From the IMG/VR virus record IMGVR_UViG_3300021365_000003: DNA of 64,000 nucleotides. One strand, given 5' to 3'. This document shows, in pieces, positions 18,201 to 30,600 of the stretch (position 1 is the stretch's first letter; each line of letters begins with the position of its first letter). The DNA comes from a virus. Below the pieces are notes generated by a model, which saw only the letters and a program-made list of their open reading frames with translations, was not told where the DNA came from and did no database searches. The position numbers and the translations under genes were made by a program.

Positions 18201-20877
18201 ATTGAGAGAAGAGCTAGAAAAGATTTTACAACAACAAAGAGAAGCAGATAAGGACGATGCCGCAAAGATCTTTAAATATCTTACAGATCCAGAAAGCCTT
18301 ACAAGGGAGATAGAGGATCAACTTCCAAACCAAGCTCACCCCTCACTATTGATCCCACAGTTAGCAGCTGCCGGACAAACCAATGAACTACCGGTAATCA
18401 AGAACACACCAAAATTCGCCCTAAACAGAGACCAGGAGGCCCTAGGAGAGCTTCATGAAGATGGCATAAAGGCTAGATTAGGCAGCTTGGATGCTTGCAT
18501 AACAGCGTATGGCAAGTCCCTTATGAAAAGATCAAAAAACTATGAGGACAAAATTGATAAACTAAGTTCTCCTCTGAGGTCGGGTGTTGATCCAGAGAAC
18601 GGCCCGATTGACGTTCCGCTTCCGCAAGGCGCTGGTGGTGGCTTCTTAACAGCAGCTTTTAATAATGACTTATTTTACTTAGATGAAATGCCAGAAGCCG
18701 CAAGAGAGATGGCAGCGGGATATGCAGATTTGCCTAAAATAGTTGATTGGTCAGAAAGTTTTGACATAGGGTTAAAATTCTATGAAGAACAAGTATACAC
18801 CCCGCTCACAGAGGCGCTGTCGATTCCCGTTTTGAACAACCCCCTCAATGGCCTACTTACCGATGAGGATTTGTACAGCACATCATTTGGCGCCCTGAAT
18901 ACCCAAAGGATAAAAGAAGGTCAGTTTGTTAGGCAGGCCCTGGAGAAAGTTCGATTTCACGATGAAGTCGACTTTAATGCTTTATCTAGGCAAATAGAGG
19001 CGATGGGCAAAGACATAACTATCGCTTCTTTGAGAAATCGATTAGAAAATGCCGGCATTGACTTAGAGCCCGCCGTTGTCGACGAGCTAATGACAGAAAG
19101 CGAAGAGCTTCCGCCAGCAGCTGCAGAGGGCGATGAGCGAGAGCTTCCGGTTGCTGATAATTCAAATCTTCTACCATCTTCGCAGTTAGAAGGCATAATG
19201 GAAAATTATCTGAACGGATCTTTTAAACAAGAAAAAACTTATAAAAGATTTATCAAGGAACTTCCAGAATATTCCCAACTTTTATTAACAAAAACAGATG
19301 ATGAAGTTGTTAGCATACAAGAAAACATAAAAGCAATCTTTACTTGCATTCTTCTTGAAGACGCCCATTTAAGATTTGCGGTCTTAGATGCAGGAGGAAG
19401 AATTTTTTCAACTAACAATCTCTCAACGGCTACTTACAATCGATCGCTCTTGGCAAAAACGCTAGAAATAAAGAAAAAAATCAATATGTTATTTTTTGAT
19501 TTTGAGGTTAATTATCTTAATAATAAAATTCGTGGCTGGAATGCTATCTCATATTATGTATATGAAATAGCAAAAACAACCAACCAGCTAACTTCTCTTA
19601 ACAATACACTGGGCCGCCGTGCCACGCCTCAAGATTTAATGTATCTATTATTAGAAGAGGCTATTTCTTCTGTATCTAAATCTTTTATTACAAATCGATC
19701 TGTCTTAAGAGATGACAACTTACAATATTCGAACGTTATTGAAGGTAGCACAGATAATTCAATTATATACAACTTTAAAACACCAAATCTTTTAGTGGGC
19801 CATCTTAGCGAGACGGTATATGACTTGGCGATGGGCGAGCCGGACACCATTGGCGGCTTGGTCCCCCTCGTCGAAGAGCCGAGGCAGACCTTTCAATCTT
19901 TGACAAAAATGCTTAAATACTCACTAGCGCCCGATGGCTCAGAGCAGACTTTCTTGACGTCAAATGTGTCTTTTGTTGTCACTCTCAAGTCCCCACACAC
20001 TCTGGGCGACGCCCTTAATGGAGTAGATCTTGCTAGCATTACTTCAGAAGAACAACGCAGCGGCACAAATTCGTCAAGTACTTCGGTTACCGCCGATGGC
20101 GCCGGCAAGGGACTCTTACAGGGTGCGGTCCTCAACTCTCTCATAGATGGAGAACCTGTTCTTTTGAGTTATGATGATGTTTTTGGGGACAACGAAGGTA
20201 GCAAACCTTTGATGCATAAACTGTATGACTATGCGGAAAGGCAGCCTAATCTTCCAGCGGGGTATGAACTTGCCGACGATCTAAACGATTTTATATTTAA
20301 AAATTTTAATATTAAAATAAAGTATAGAGTGTTTGTTTCCTACGCAACAAAGCGTTTGCCAATTTTCAACCCCACCCGTCGCTTAAGGAGTGATCCTTTT
20401 CTGGAGATTCGTAGGGAGTACTCTGAGCTTGGTACCGATGGAGAAGCTGATACTCTAGGCCTGTACAAAGATCAAAAGATAAGCGTTATGTTTGCTAGAC
20501 ACAATGAAGAATCATATGGTGCTACTTTTATAATGACTGAACTTTGTTCGTTCGAATATCCAGTTCCTGACTATAGCATGATTGAAGACAATCAAGATTT
20601 ACTCACCGAAGGTAATTTTATTTCAAAACTAATGATAGCCGATAACGTCACGGAATTAGCTAATAATTTCAAAGGTGATGCTTCTATTAACATTTTCTTA
20701 TCTTGTATGCTACCAGTTCCAAACATTATAAATCAAGCAACTAGTTATTCTGTAGAGGGAGTTCAAGACCAGCTAGGTAGTTCTTCGGGTGAGGTTAGGG
20801 ACATAATCTTCAAACCTGTAAAAATACAAAATATGATTTGCGCAATGGTAAGCAAGAGGCTCTTAAAGAATGTCTAA
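15277..20877 (+). CDS. Large hypothetical virion-module protein (1866 aa)
   Basis: Long ORF in baseplate module; coiled coil, acidic tract and one long hydrophobic segment. Confidence 0.75.
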   Translation: MIFEELILNKVSEIETSNPGGLSSVAAIYVETRFSIKNSGGIDLPSLRTNLKTEAINIFSLYYANLGKGAAFFTNNTVDGTAITSEGDRITLERVEFINLGEEECEDVVFKKVFFIPLDLLKPPAGTGSAGEDPILYPSEDLPTIARIKICNYRDFKKKVRFIQTFMKINFLALQRPTSRSIVKGINFRKFSTKKKQLTKLASFLDTVIPNKPNKDGESITIHFADNFQTISKIEYVNEKVSNEIQLVFRQSAEEFETRKYKALNDARANFYLYNFESIYPDLFATTFRGLNIKFDNLVRRNFIAPNVEIVQNDCLAAANSRQNVSAADITARIRQSLSDVPTKEARSLLKDNPFKTAEDLIDESGFLENSDIRDAMKQTLRKEFLVGGSSIKDEVTDFFEQLQKAGNFISSDQDSKKLSKFGQFANSIEWQQILAIALASTASRYGIDEILDDSFVKKIMAERISKFFNDPRTINTLMSGLPPAALQRAALFFASIDLANSVGGGFSIEERRLRRLNTLLDERAGLVEEERQIIQEGTAEEIAEIRNRRDELEARIEIAKERLNGPAGLAGLSADIEAEQEEENKDDIYIDELQSVLETLEGIGDLSTVEMPESEGSFLARQFLGTDLDETANLEDIEAEEEPGAGNSREPQAGLELNSTKKEKRTRLVNIARGTDFTPEMKNELIDLIIGLSNCDRQNNAEVYTEFIMFLVDELGAPILEYFDEWSEWLNAWDVKNLDFCNLPDLNLPDFKLFPLNIRLPEISMPDIFGFILGSVLSILYALLLRLINALVQFLLSLIPDFIFDFEPCEFANALRDFGQTLAGAICAGLDGVDLPSVAACSVLTPRIGNQRNNRDLLNFFKDACGKGILPGPDLARLLDGDASEGTFQRADVYFRAINSDLASEIRLNPSILSDAGSAMGSIIGIGDLLDTLDGFSPQLPGLSANGFVNNLDLCSDPSISDLIDQLCTEPNPALREELEKILQQQREADKDDAAKIFKYLTDPESLTREIEDQLPNQAHPSLLIPQLAAAGQTNELPVIKNTPKFALNRDQEALGELHEDGIKARLGSLDACITAYGKSLMKRSKNYEDKIDKLSSPLRSGVDPENGPIDVPLPQGAGGGFLTAAFNNDLFYLDEMPEAAREMAAGYADLPKIVDWSESFDIGLKFYEEQVYTPLTEALSIPVLNNPLNGLLTDEDLYSTSFGALNTQRIKEGQFVRQALEKVRFHDEVDFNALSRQIEAMGKDITIASLRNRLENAGIDLEPAVVDELMTESEELPPAAAEGDERELPVADNSNLLPSSQLEGIMENYLNGSFKQEKTYKRFIKELPEYSQLLLTKTDDEVVSIQENIKAIFTCILLEDAHLRFAVLDAGGRIFSTNNLSTATYNRSLLAKTLEIKKKINMLFFDFEVNYLNNKIRGWNAISYYVYEIAKTTNQLTSLNNTLGRRATPQDLMYLLLEEAISSVSKSFITNRSVLRDDNLQYSNVIEGSTDNSIIYNFKTPNLLVGHLSETVYDLAMGEPDTIGGLVPLVEEPRQTFQSLTKMLKYSLAPDGSEQTFLTSNVSFVVTLKSPHTLGDALNGVDLASITSEEQRSGTNSSSTSVTADGAGKGLLQGAVLNSLIDGEPVLLSYDDVFGDNEGSKPLMHKLYDYAERQPNLPAGYELADDLNDFIFKNFNIKIKYRVFVSYATKRLPIFNPTRRLRSDPFLEIRREYSELGTDGEADTLGLYKDQKISVMFARHNEESYGATFIMTELCSFEYPVPDYSMIEDNQDLLTEGNFISKLMIADNVTELANNFKGDASINIFLSCMLPVPNIINQATSYSVEGVQDQLGSSSGEVRDIIFKPVKIQNMICAMVSKRLLKNV

Positions 20878-21403
20878 TAAAAAACAAACAACAAATATTG
20901 ATTTTGATATCTTTGAAAACGATCAGGTTTTCGATACAGCCACTGATGCTGACCGGTTAGTAGACAACTCGCTTGTAATTCCGTCGGACGATCAGATCTT
21001 AACAAGATCTCCTTTCTTATCGGTTAATCTGCCTCTAGACAAGAACACAACAAATGCATCTGCAGACGGATATCAGATGATTCGTGGTTATAGAAACCTA
21101 GTTGTACAAAATTTTAAAAATCTAATGTTAACATCACCAGGTGAAAAGATTATGGATCCTTTATTTGGAGTTGGCGTAAAAAAGTATTTGTTTGAATTGA
21201 GGCAACGTGGGCTGGAGGCAAAATTGGAAGGCCGTATTTATTCACAAACTAAGAAATACCTTTCCTATATAACAATCAGACAAGTGAGTTTTGGCGAACA
21301 ACAGAATGATAACCTTTTGGGTGTAAGCGTGTCTTACCTCATCAACCCATTAAACGTTAGTGCATTCTTTAACTATTCTACAAACACCGAACAAAGCTTA
21401 TAG
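20870..21403 (+). CDS. Baseplate wedge protein, GPW/gp25 family
   Basis: QNFKNLMLTSPGEKIMDPLFGVGVKKYLFE. Confidence 0.88.
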   Translation: MSNKKQTTNIDFDIFENDQVFDTATDADRLVDNSLVIPSDDQILTRSPFLSVNLPLDKNTTNASADGYQMIRGYRNLVVQNFKNLMLTSPGEKIMDPLFGVGVKKYLFELRQRGLEAKLEGRIYSQTKKYLSYITIRQVSFGEQQNDNLLGVSVSYLINPLNVSAFFNYSTNTEQSL

Positions 21404-21422
21404 GCCCTAGAGGAGAAACCAA

Positions 21423-23237
21423 ATGTCAAAGGTCACAAAACCAGCGATACGCTACACATCAAGAGAATTTGATACAATTAAGCAGGATTTAGTATCTTTC
21501 ATTAAAAGATATTATCCGGATACTTTCCAAGACTTCCAAGAAGCCGGCTTTGGCTCAATGGTTCTTGACACCACTGCTTATGTTGGTGACATTCTTTCTT
21601 TTTACTTAGACTATTCTGTTAACGAGTCTTTTTTAGACACCGCCGGCGAGTTTGAGAACATAATAAAGATCGCTAGGCAAATGGGTTATCGATATCAGCC
21701 AAACAAAACATCAACTGGTATTTGCTCGTTTTACATTTTAGTCCCGGCAATAACCTCCAGCGACCTAGAAGGCGGCGCAGCGCCAAACTATAGTTATGCT
21801 CCTGTTTTATCTAGAGGGACATCGCTTAGATCGTCATCCGGAATAGCATTTACTCTCTCAACAGCTGTTGACTTTTCTAATCTCAATAACGAAGTCGTTG
21901 TAGCTGAGAGGGACGACGAAACCGGTCGGCCAACCAGGTTTGCGATAAAAGCATTCGGCCGTGTTGTTTCTGGAAAGAATTCAGTTCTGCAAAGAACTGT
22001 TGGCAACTTCAAGCCTTTTCAGAAAATTAGATTAAACAACAACAACATTATTGAGATACTTTCTGTCACAGACTCAAACAACAACGAATATTTTGAAGTT
22101 CCGAACTTGGCGCAGGATACAATCTATAGACAAGTACCTAACAATGGTCCAGATAAAGCGTATGTAAAATACCTCCTACAACCAAAAGCAACCCCAAGAA
22201 GATTTGAATTGCTTCGAGAACAAGGATCTGTTTATCTTAGGTTTGGATATGGATCAGAAGAAAATGTCGAGAGCCAAGAAAAAACAATTATACCAAGCAA
22301 GAAAACATTAGATTTATTCGGCAAAGAATACATTTCAGACACTTCCTTCGATCCAAACGTTCTTCTTAAGAGTGGCAAGTTTGGAATCTCTCCAGCAAAT
22401 ACAGTTCTTAACGTGGTGTATAGAGAGAACACCAATGCTAATGTCAACATTGCCGCCGGCACTCTAAACGCAATTGCAAGACCTTATTTTAAGTTTACTG
22501 ACGATGCGACTAGCGATAGTTTAAAATCACAAGTAATAAACAGTCTAGAAGTCACCAACGAGGAGCCTATCACCGGTGACCTATCTCCGCTAACAACTAG
22601 TGACATAAAAGTTCTTGCTTCTAACTCCTTATTCGCACAAAACAGAGCGGTAACAACAGCCGACTATAAAGCCCTGCTATCAGCAATGCCTTCTGGTCTC
22701 GGAGGGGTCAAACGAGTTGCGGCTTATAAAGATTCTGCAAGTTTGAAAAATAATATAAACTTATTTATTTTGTCAGAGGATGATTCCGGAAAGTTATCTA
22801 CACCTACCGATTCAATGTTCAACAACACTAAAGCGTGGTTGGCTAGATACAAACTAATAAACGATTCAGTTGACATCTTTTCTGCAAAAATCGTAAATGT
22901 TAAAGTAGACTTTGTTGCCGTAGCTGAAGAAGGGTATGACAAAGCTTCTGTCTTGGCACGAGTTAAAAGGGACCTCACTAGATACCTACGGCAAAACCCA
23001 AATGAAATAGGCGAGTCGGTTCAAGTAACAAAGCTTGCGAATGTTATTAACGAAACAGAAGGTATTGCTGATGTTATAAAACTTTTCTTGGAAAGAAAAA
23101 CAGGAGCAGATTATTCCTCAACTGTATACAATCTAAACGCAAACTATTCATCTGATGGTAGGAAGATCTTTATACCAAAAAATGTTATTTGGGAAGTTAA
23201 GTTTCCAAATCAAGATATCAACGGAGAGGTAAGATAA
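21423..23237 (+). CDS. Baseplate wedge subunit, T4 gp6 / baseplate J-like
   Basis: EFDTIKQDL..F, DILSFYLD..NESFL, YLRFG.G, QNRAVTTADY. Confidence 0.88.
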   Translation: MSKVTKPAIRYTSREFDTIKQDLVSFIKRYYPDTFQDFQEAGFGSMVLDTTAYVGDILSFYLDYSVNESFLDTAGEFENIIKIARQMGYRYQPNKTSTGICSFYILVPAITSSDLEGGAAPNYSYAPVLSRGTSLRSSSGIAFTLSTAVDFSNLNNEVVVAERDDETGRPTRFAIKAFGRVVSGKNSVLQRTVGNFKPFQKIRLNNNNIIEILSVTDSNNNEYFEVPNLAQDTIYRQVPNNGPDKAYVKYLLQPKATPRRFELLREQGSVYLRFGYGSEENVESQEKTIIPSKKTLDLFGKEYISDTSFDPNVLLKSGKFGISPANTVLNVVYRENTNANVNIAAGTLNAIARPYFKFTDDATSDSLKSQVINSLEVTNEEPITGDLSPLTTSDIKVLASNSLFAQNRAVTTADYKALLSAMPSGLGGVKRVAAYKDSASLKNNINLFILSEDDSGKLSTPTDSMFNNTKAWLARYKLINDSVDIFSAKIVNVKVDFVAVAEEGYDKASVLARVKRDLTRYLRQNPNEIGESVQVTKLANVINETEGIADVIKLFLERKTGADYSSTVYNLNANYSSDGRKIFIPKNVIWEVKFPNQDINGEVR

Positions 23238-24658
23238 TGGCTTATAAAAAGTTTTTTGCAAATAAAGACAATACAATAACAAACGCCTCAAAGTTTGGTG
23301 GCACAACAAGGGCAACCGGTTCTAACATGGGTCTAGCAGACTCTGTTGAGATCTTTAAGCTCTATGGCAACATAACAACCTCGTCAGTAGAACAAAGCCG
23401 TGCCTTATTTGAGTTTGACACCGCAGAAATAAACACAGCAAGGACCAACGGTCAGATTCCTGCCTCTGGATCCGTTTCATTTTATCTCAACTTATTCAAT
23501 GCTAAGACCCCATTCACAACACCGAGAAACGTCGATCTAATAGTTCAAACAGTCTCTCGGGAGTGGGACGAAGGTCGTGGAATGGATATGGACGAATACA
23601 AAGATCTGGGCGAGTCAAGCTGGGTTTCCGCTTCCACCACTGCCGCCTGGACAACAGCAGGTGGTGACTTTCTTGATTCAGCCACTTACAATAAAACTTA
23701 TCGCCTAACAGAAGGAACTGAGGATTTATCAGCTGATATTTCAGACCTTGTAGAGGATTGGATTGATAGCACCGTAGCAAATTATGGAGTTATTGTAAGA
23801 CTCTCAGGCTCTTTGGAAACAGACTCTGACTCTTATTACACGAAAAAGTTCTTTGCTCGATCATCAGAGTTTTTCTTTAAACGCCCAACAATAGAAGCTC
23901 GTTGGGACTCTTCTGTGAAGGATCAAAGAGGAGACTTTTATGTTTCATCCTCAATGTTATCAACAGAAAATCTTCATACTGTTTATCTTTATAACAACTT
24001 TCGTGGTATCGCAAAAAACATTCCAGCAATAGGAACCGGCCCGATTTATGTAAAAATTTTTGATGCTGAGTCAGGCGGCACAGAACTAAACTCAGCAGTA
24101 TCTGTTAGTTATCCAGTGACTGGCGGCTATGCTGATACTGGTCTTTATTCTTGCTCATTTGATCTGAACACAACTTCGTCAACAGTGTATGATCGATGGT
24201 TTAACGCAGATTACTCAACTTGTTTCCACACAGGCACAATAGAGCTAAAAACTTATAATGCGCAAGAAGATAATAAAATAGAACCTTTAATTCTTTCTAT
24301 TACAAACTTACAAGACATTTATAGTCGAACAGGAATAGACACAAGGGTAAGGCTCTTTACTAGAAAACGCAACTGGTCCCCAACTGTTTATACGGTGGCG
24401 AGCACAGCAATAGAAAACTATTTTGTCGACAACATCTACTATAAAGTAGTAAGAAAGGTTGATAATGCTGATGTTGTTCAGTATGGCACAGGCTCAGTAG
24501 AACACACTCTTTTGTCTTACGATAAGCAAGGCTCTTATTTCGATTTTGACTTCTCTAGCTTAGAAGCGGGGTACCTCTATGAATTCAAGTTCATTATTAA
24601 AGAAGGAACTATTTATAATGAATACCCAACTGGCTTTAAGTTTAGAGTAGACGAATAA
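23237..24658 (+). CDS. Structural protein with DNRLRE-like domain
   Basis: RALFEFD, VSREWDEG, W..AGGDF, DISDLVEDW...NYGVIVR, PTIEARW. Confidence 0.65.
   Translation: MAYKKFFANKDNTITNASKFGGTTRATGSNMGLADSVEIFKLYGNITTSSVEQSRALFEFDTAEINTARTNGQIPASGSVSFYLNLFNAKTPFTTPRNVDLIVQTVSREWDEGRGMDMDEYKDLGESSWVSASTTAAWTTAGGDFLDSATYNKTYRLTEGTEDLSADISDLVEDWIDSTVANYGVIVRLSGSLETDSDSYYTKKFFARSSEFFFKRPTIEARWDSSVKDQRGDFYVSSSMLSTENLHTVYLYNNFRGIAKNIPAIGTGPIYVKIFDAESGGTELNSAVSVSYPVTGGYADTGLYSCSFDLNTTSSTVYDRWFNADYSTCFHTGTIELKTYNAQEDNKIEPLILSITNLQDIYSRTGIDTRVRLFTRKRNWSPTVYTVASTAIENYFVDNIYYKVVRKVDNADVVQYGTGSVEHTLLSYDKQGSYFDFDFSSLEAGYLYEFKFIIKEGTIYNEYPTGFKFRVDE
24608..24617 (+). promoter_or_regulatory. ACTATTTATA motif inside a gene 3' end, putative late promoter
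   Basis: Exact copy starting 50 nt before ATG 24658. Confidence 0.6.
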
Positions 24659-27600
24659 TGACAATAAAAAAGTATTTTGAAAACAATTCTTTTTCGAATA
24701 ACTCATTAACCGACCTAGAAAACAAGGAAGGGATAGACTTTGAGTCGTTTGAGTATCTTGATGAGTTAGAAAAGCAAAGAACAAGGTTTATCCCCAACGT
24801 TGACTTTTCTAAGCCGGAAAACTTTGCTTTTTACGGTCTTGCTGAACAGTATTATAAAGATGCTACGTCAAGAGTTATCAACAACTATCCTTATGATGGT
24901 TCTAAAAAAGAGTTGACCGAATGGTATAATGACTCAACCTACTTTGACTTATATGTCTTTGAGAATGAATACCCCAGGTCTAATGGCTATGGTATCTTCG
25001 CCGCAAATGGTTGGGGTACAAAAGTATCAGTATCGCCCGACAATTATCGTTTAGATGAAAGCTTAGAATACATCTCTATCAAGGGCGGCCCAAACGCAGG
25101 CCCTGGCAACACATACGCCGGCGGCAACATTTATGACCCGTCTAAACAAAGAAACTCAAATTTAGCGCTAAACCTAGACACAAAAGGTGCCACGGTTGAG
25201 TTCTGGCTCAAAAAAAGTATTGTCGATCACCAAATCCGAGAGGTTGTCTTTGATCTCTGGAACAACGAGGTAAGCGGCACATCTGGTGTAGCCAATGAAA
25301 ACTATGGCCGGTTTAGAATCGAAATAAACACCTCAAGCGCCGGCAGTTTCGCTTCTCATAAGGCCTTCAGAGCCATTGTGCACTCTGGATCCAACAGGCA
25401 AGAGGTCTTACTAGGGGACTATACAACTACTGATTCTTTTGACAACCAAGGGTGGACCCACTTTGCTTTTGCGACATCAAAAAGCACCATAAAGCTTTAT
25501 AAAAACGGCGAATTAGACTCCTCTGCGGCCTATGGAACAGACTTTGGGAATGTTTCTGGTACACTAAACGCTTTTGTTGGCGCACTTATAACAAACCCTT
25601 CTGGCTCTACCGCAACAACCGGCTCTGGCAAGCTTTCAGGTTCAATTGACGAGTTTAGATACTGGAAAACTACTAGAACTGAGCGAGACATAGAAAGAAA
25701 CTGGTATACAAACGTCTATGGTGGCACTAATACAGACGACGCAAACACAGATCTTGGTGTTTACTTTAAGTTTAACGAAGGAATAACGGGAGATGCCACA
25801 ACGGATGCAACTGTCCTAGACTATTCAGGACGTATCTCTAATGGCACTTGGATCGGCTATACCTCCAACTCACGCAACATAGGCTCAGCGATTGTTTCAG
25901 CCTCTGCCGCCGAGAAAGAGTTTAAAGATCCAATCCTAAGAACCACAAACGCTCTTTATACCACTTATTATAATGATTCCCTAGAGAAAGGAAAGCGCCA
26001 CGATCTAAATAACTCATCAAACATTTACTATTCATTCCCTGATTGGATTATCGATGAAGACTTAGAAAGTGGAGAGAAGCTGCTCCAACTAGCACAAGCA
26101 GCCGCAAGTTATTTTGACACGGCCCAACTACAAGTTCAGTCTCTTAGAGAGCTAAAGGACATAGAATACTCTTCACAAACTGACGCACTAGACGATAAGC
26201 CAAATCCTTTTGCGGAACGCCTCTTGACCGAAAGAGGAATGATAGCACCCGACTTCTTTGTCGAGAGAACAGTATTAGAAGATCTTTCTCAAAAGACAGC
26301 AGGAGATGCTTTAGAATCAGATCTGTTCGATCTAAAGAACCTTATTTATCAAAACATTTATAACAACTTAGCGGATCTAGTAAAGCAGAAAGGCACAAGA
26401 GAAGCAATACGAAACGTTCTCCACACTATGGGAGTCGGTGAAGAGCTAGTTTCTGCCAAGACCTACATAACCAGTGAGAAACTAGTATTAGAAGACGAAA
26501 AATCTTACAGCAATCAAAGTATAAGGTTTATTGACTTTTCCAAGAAAAACTTTAGAGATGCCGTTGTTTACCAAACCGGCTCAACCTCAAACGAACTAGG
26601 ATACATAAGTTCTTCATCAGATAAAAATGCATTATGTGTAGAATCTTTTGTTCGATTCCCAAAAATAGATGAAAATACAGACACTGATCTTATACCAAAC
26701 TTTTTAGTTTCTTCTCTTTTTGGTTTTCACGACATTGATGAAACGTCAGCGCCATACAACACTTGGGAGTCCACATCAGCTGCCAGTGCTTTCGTAAGAA
26801 CGGTTAAAAATAACTTTCTTGCCGAAAAAGTATACTTTGAGCTAAGCTCTTCTGTAGTGGGTGTCACCGCTCTGACATCTTCTAATTTCTACAATGTATA
26901 CAACAACAGCGACTGGTACTTCTCGGTCCAGTTGGAGCCGCAAAACATTTTATTTCCTTCCTCGTCAGTTCCTGATTATGACCTAGTCTTTAGCGGATAC
27001 TCTTATATAGGAAACAACCTAAATGAGTCTTTTGTTGTTTCTTCATCAGTAAGTCGAGCAACAGCACTTTCATTCCTACAGACCAACCAAAAGGCCTACA
27101 TAGGCGCAGAGCGAACAAACTTTACTGCTGGAACGGTAAATAGCTCAGACGTTAAAAATGCTGGTTTGAGATTTTGGCTTAGAAACCTAACAGCCGACGA
27201 ACAAAAAAGCCATGCCCAAGACTTCCTAAACTATGGGTCTTCGACAAGGTTAAACAATTCCTATTCTTTAACTAGTTCCGTAAGACAAGGAGATCTAGCG
27301 CCAACTGACTATCTTGCTCTTAATTGGCAGTTTGACAAAATCACCACAACAGATGCGTCCGGATTGATTGAGGTGCTAGACTCAACCTCTGGTTCGGCCG
27401 AGAGAAGATCAAGAGGAACGTTCGTCAATAAAATAGCCGGGTATCACCATCCAGCCACATCATACGAGTTTCCGGTATCATCGACAGATGTTGTTCAGAC
27501 CTTATTTATTGACTCTTACTCACCTGTAGAGTTTGATGGCTACAACTCTGACAATTTGATTCAGATCAAGACAACAGAAGATGAAAAATACGGCCTAAAC

Positions 27601-30600
27601 TCACGTTTTGTTTCATTTGTAAGCACAGTAGAGAAAAGTGCGCAAGCAGGCATCAATGAAGAAATGCTAAAAATGTTTGGCTCTGTCAAGGAACTAGCAT
27701 CAAACTTTGCTCAGCCGTCAGATCGTTATAAAAAAGAATACAAAAACCTAAGATTCCTAAGAGAGAGGTTCTTTAAGAACGTTGCAAACGACGTTGATGT
27801 TGAGGACTTCCTACACTTCTATAAATGGATTGACAGCGCAGTCCAGGCGCTTGTCGGGCAGTTCATACCTGCAGCTGCGGACTATAATGAAGATGTATTT
27901 AACGTTATAGAATCGCACGTTCTTGAAAGAAACAAATACCAAACCAAGTTCCCGACTCTAGAAACGATGGACCGAGATCCGATAGCTGGCGCCGGCTCAA
28001 CGGCGTCGTCAATGACCATCTCACAAATGGGCGGCGTCTCCGAGCGAATTCCGACAGAGTATACCCTGGCTCCGGTTCAAAGTGTAAGCCCATCACCCGA
28101 AGACCAAAGCAGCCATACTGCCTGGTGGAAGGACAAAGTTAAACGCACTAACCCTGTTGTGTCTTCTGGTGATGCTGATGTTGATGCTGATCGAGAACAA
28201 ATAAGGCTGGTTAAACAGTCAGCTGCTGGCCGTTCTTATACAACCCCCCAAACTTTAGTTACTGATGATCTTAAGAATGAAAAAGATACAAGAGAAGCAA
28301 CTTATTGGGACGCATCAGTAAAAGAGTTCGGAGAGATTGTAGATGGAGAGTCTGAAGATTATCTTATTTCGTACGCTGATGATGTTGCTGCTTTAAAAGA
28401 TGATAATGATGTTATAGATCCGAACAAGAAAACTAAAATGGACTTCAAGGTTGAGAACGCTAGCGATCCCGATGGTTCCTATTCTCTTGGTAAAGGATCT
28501 TTGTTGGCGCCATACACAATGTGGGAATCCTCTGTTGATACGGGTTACCAAGCCGACTTATCAAATAACTTCAAAGCAGGCATTGGTATCAACAACCATC
28601 ACGACGATGTCTACTCAAAGTTCCGCAATGCCCCGATGCAGTCTCCGGTTACCCAACAATGGGTCGGTGGTAGAAAATACCGACATGTCCCTTTAAACAA
28701 AGGCTCAGACGCATTTGGAACACGCCCGGAAGGTTTTTATGTAAAAACAGTACCAATTGGCACAGTAACAGCAGTCCAGGCCAGCGGCACAATAAATTTA
28801 AACTCAAACCCAAACAACAATGATACAATAACAATCCCGTATACTTCTACCGATTCCGTTGTCTTTATTTTCAAGTCTAGCGCAAGTGGCGGCTCTACTA
28901 CACAAATACAGATTGGTGGAGGAGCCGGCTCAACGGCTACCACCGCAAGAAGTAAAATAAGTGCACACCCAGACCTTACTAGTCTTCTAACCGTTGGTGG
29001 TTCGGGAGCTAACATAACCTTGTTGTTCAATTCGGGCGAGGCAGAGCGCAACAACACGATAAGCACAACCGGCGGCGGCCGTATTACAGTTGCCGGGTTT
29101 GCCGGTGGGGTTGCGGCAGTAGCTGGCGTCAAGAACTTAAAAATTACAAAAACATCTTACACCATCGATGGAACGGCCGACTTTGATACTCCTCGTGGTT
29201 CTTTATATCGTGAAGAGCTAGCAAAAAGATCTGTTAACATAAAAAACAGGCCGTTTGAAAGCCCTGGTAACTTCAAGAAGAACTATGAAATTGTAATGGT
29301 TAACGGAAGAACCGAGAACAATCTCTGGTATCGCCATAACTCCACAGAAGTTTTGACAGAGGCTGAAGTTTGGAGTTTAAACAGAGGAACAACTTCACCC
29401 TATTTGAACGCCACGCTGCCCACAAGAGGCGTTGTAGAATCGGTTATAGTAAACCGCTTCTCTGCTCCTGGAGGCCCTGAGATCCAATCTCGTGGCTATT
29501 TAGAGCCTACTGGTGAAGAACTCTCACCTTATAATGCCTATCCTTTCCGAAACACAAGCGTTATTTACTCAAGTGGATCAGGAAACAATGATTTTACTGG
29601 CTCAACAGGTCCAAGAGTTAACGTTTATACAAACATCCACACACAAAATGATGGATTGAGAATACTTCTTTCCAGACGAAGAGGCAAATATGGTGTCGAC
29701 TCTGTCTTTGGAGCTGTAAGAGAACTTGACTACAACACAACTGGCTCTTATCACAAGATCTATGATAACCCAATAAGCCAATCAACAGGGATTAACTATG
29801 ACAACTTTTTTGTTTCACACCAGATCCCAAGAACTCCAGCCAGTTACTCTTGGGTTGCTAGTGCTCTAAACGGATCTAGTGGATCTTTCTCATACTCTAG
29901 AAACGCAACAGTCCCAAGTGGATCGACCTCACAAGCAGTTCCGTTTGCTGAGTTGATCAGCTCCATAGAAAGAACCACAACAGACAACAGAGCATTCACT
30001 GGTTTATTTAGTGGTTCTTCAACACCAACTAGTGCAGTATTGACCTCTTCTCTTTATGCCTCGATGGTCGATCAGGGAACCACAGAAATCACAAACGAAC
30101 TTACTGCTCCAAATGTTGGTATAGACAACTTCCACGTCTATACACACGCAATAAACAACTCTATCTTTGGGAACAACTCATTTAGCCAAATAAGAGGCGG
30201 AGACACAAGACAAGCAAGATCACTAAGAGAGAATAATACTTTATCATTTAGCTATCTTGATTCTCGTCGTTTGGCGGGAGGTGTATCAATACCGATAGAG
30301 TTGGTAAGGAACATCTCAATGGCGCCGATAGTAGAACATTATCCTGTAAAACAACAGTTGCTAATTGGCGCCACTACATCCAGTTTCCAATACTCATTTG
30401 GAAACGAGCTTGAGTATCTTCCACTATCAGATCCGCAACTTAATGCGCTGACCAATGTTCGTGAGATCCGAAGAAAGAAAAAAACAAACTTTAACTATAT
30501 TTCCGATTCTTATACCATAGGAACTCTAGCACAATTAAAAAGTATTACCTATAAGCAAAACATTTGGCCAAAGACTGAAAGAACATATTTAAAAGAAACC

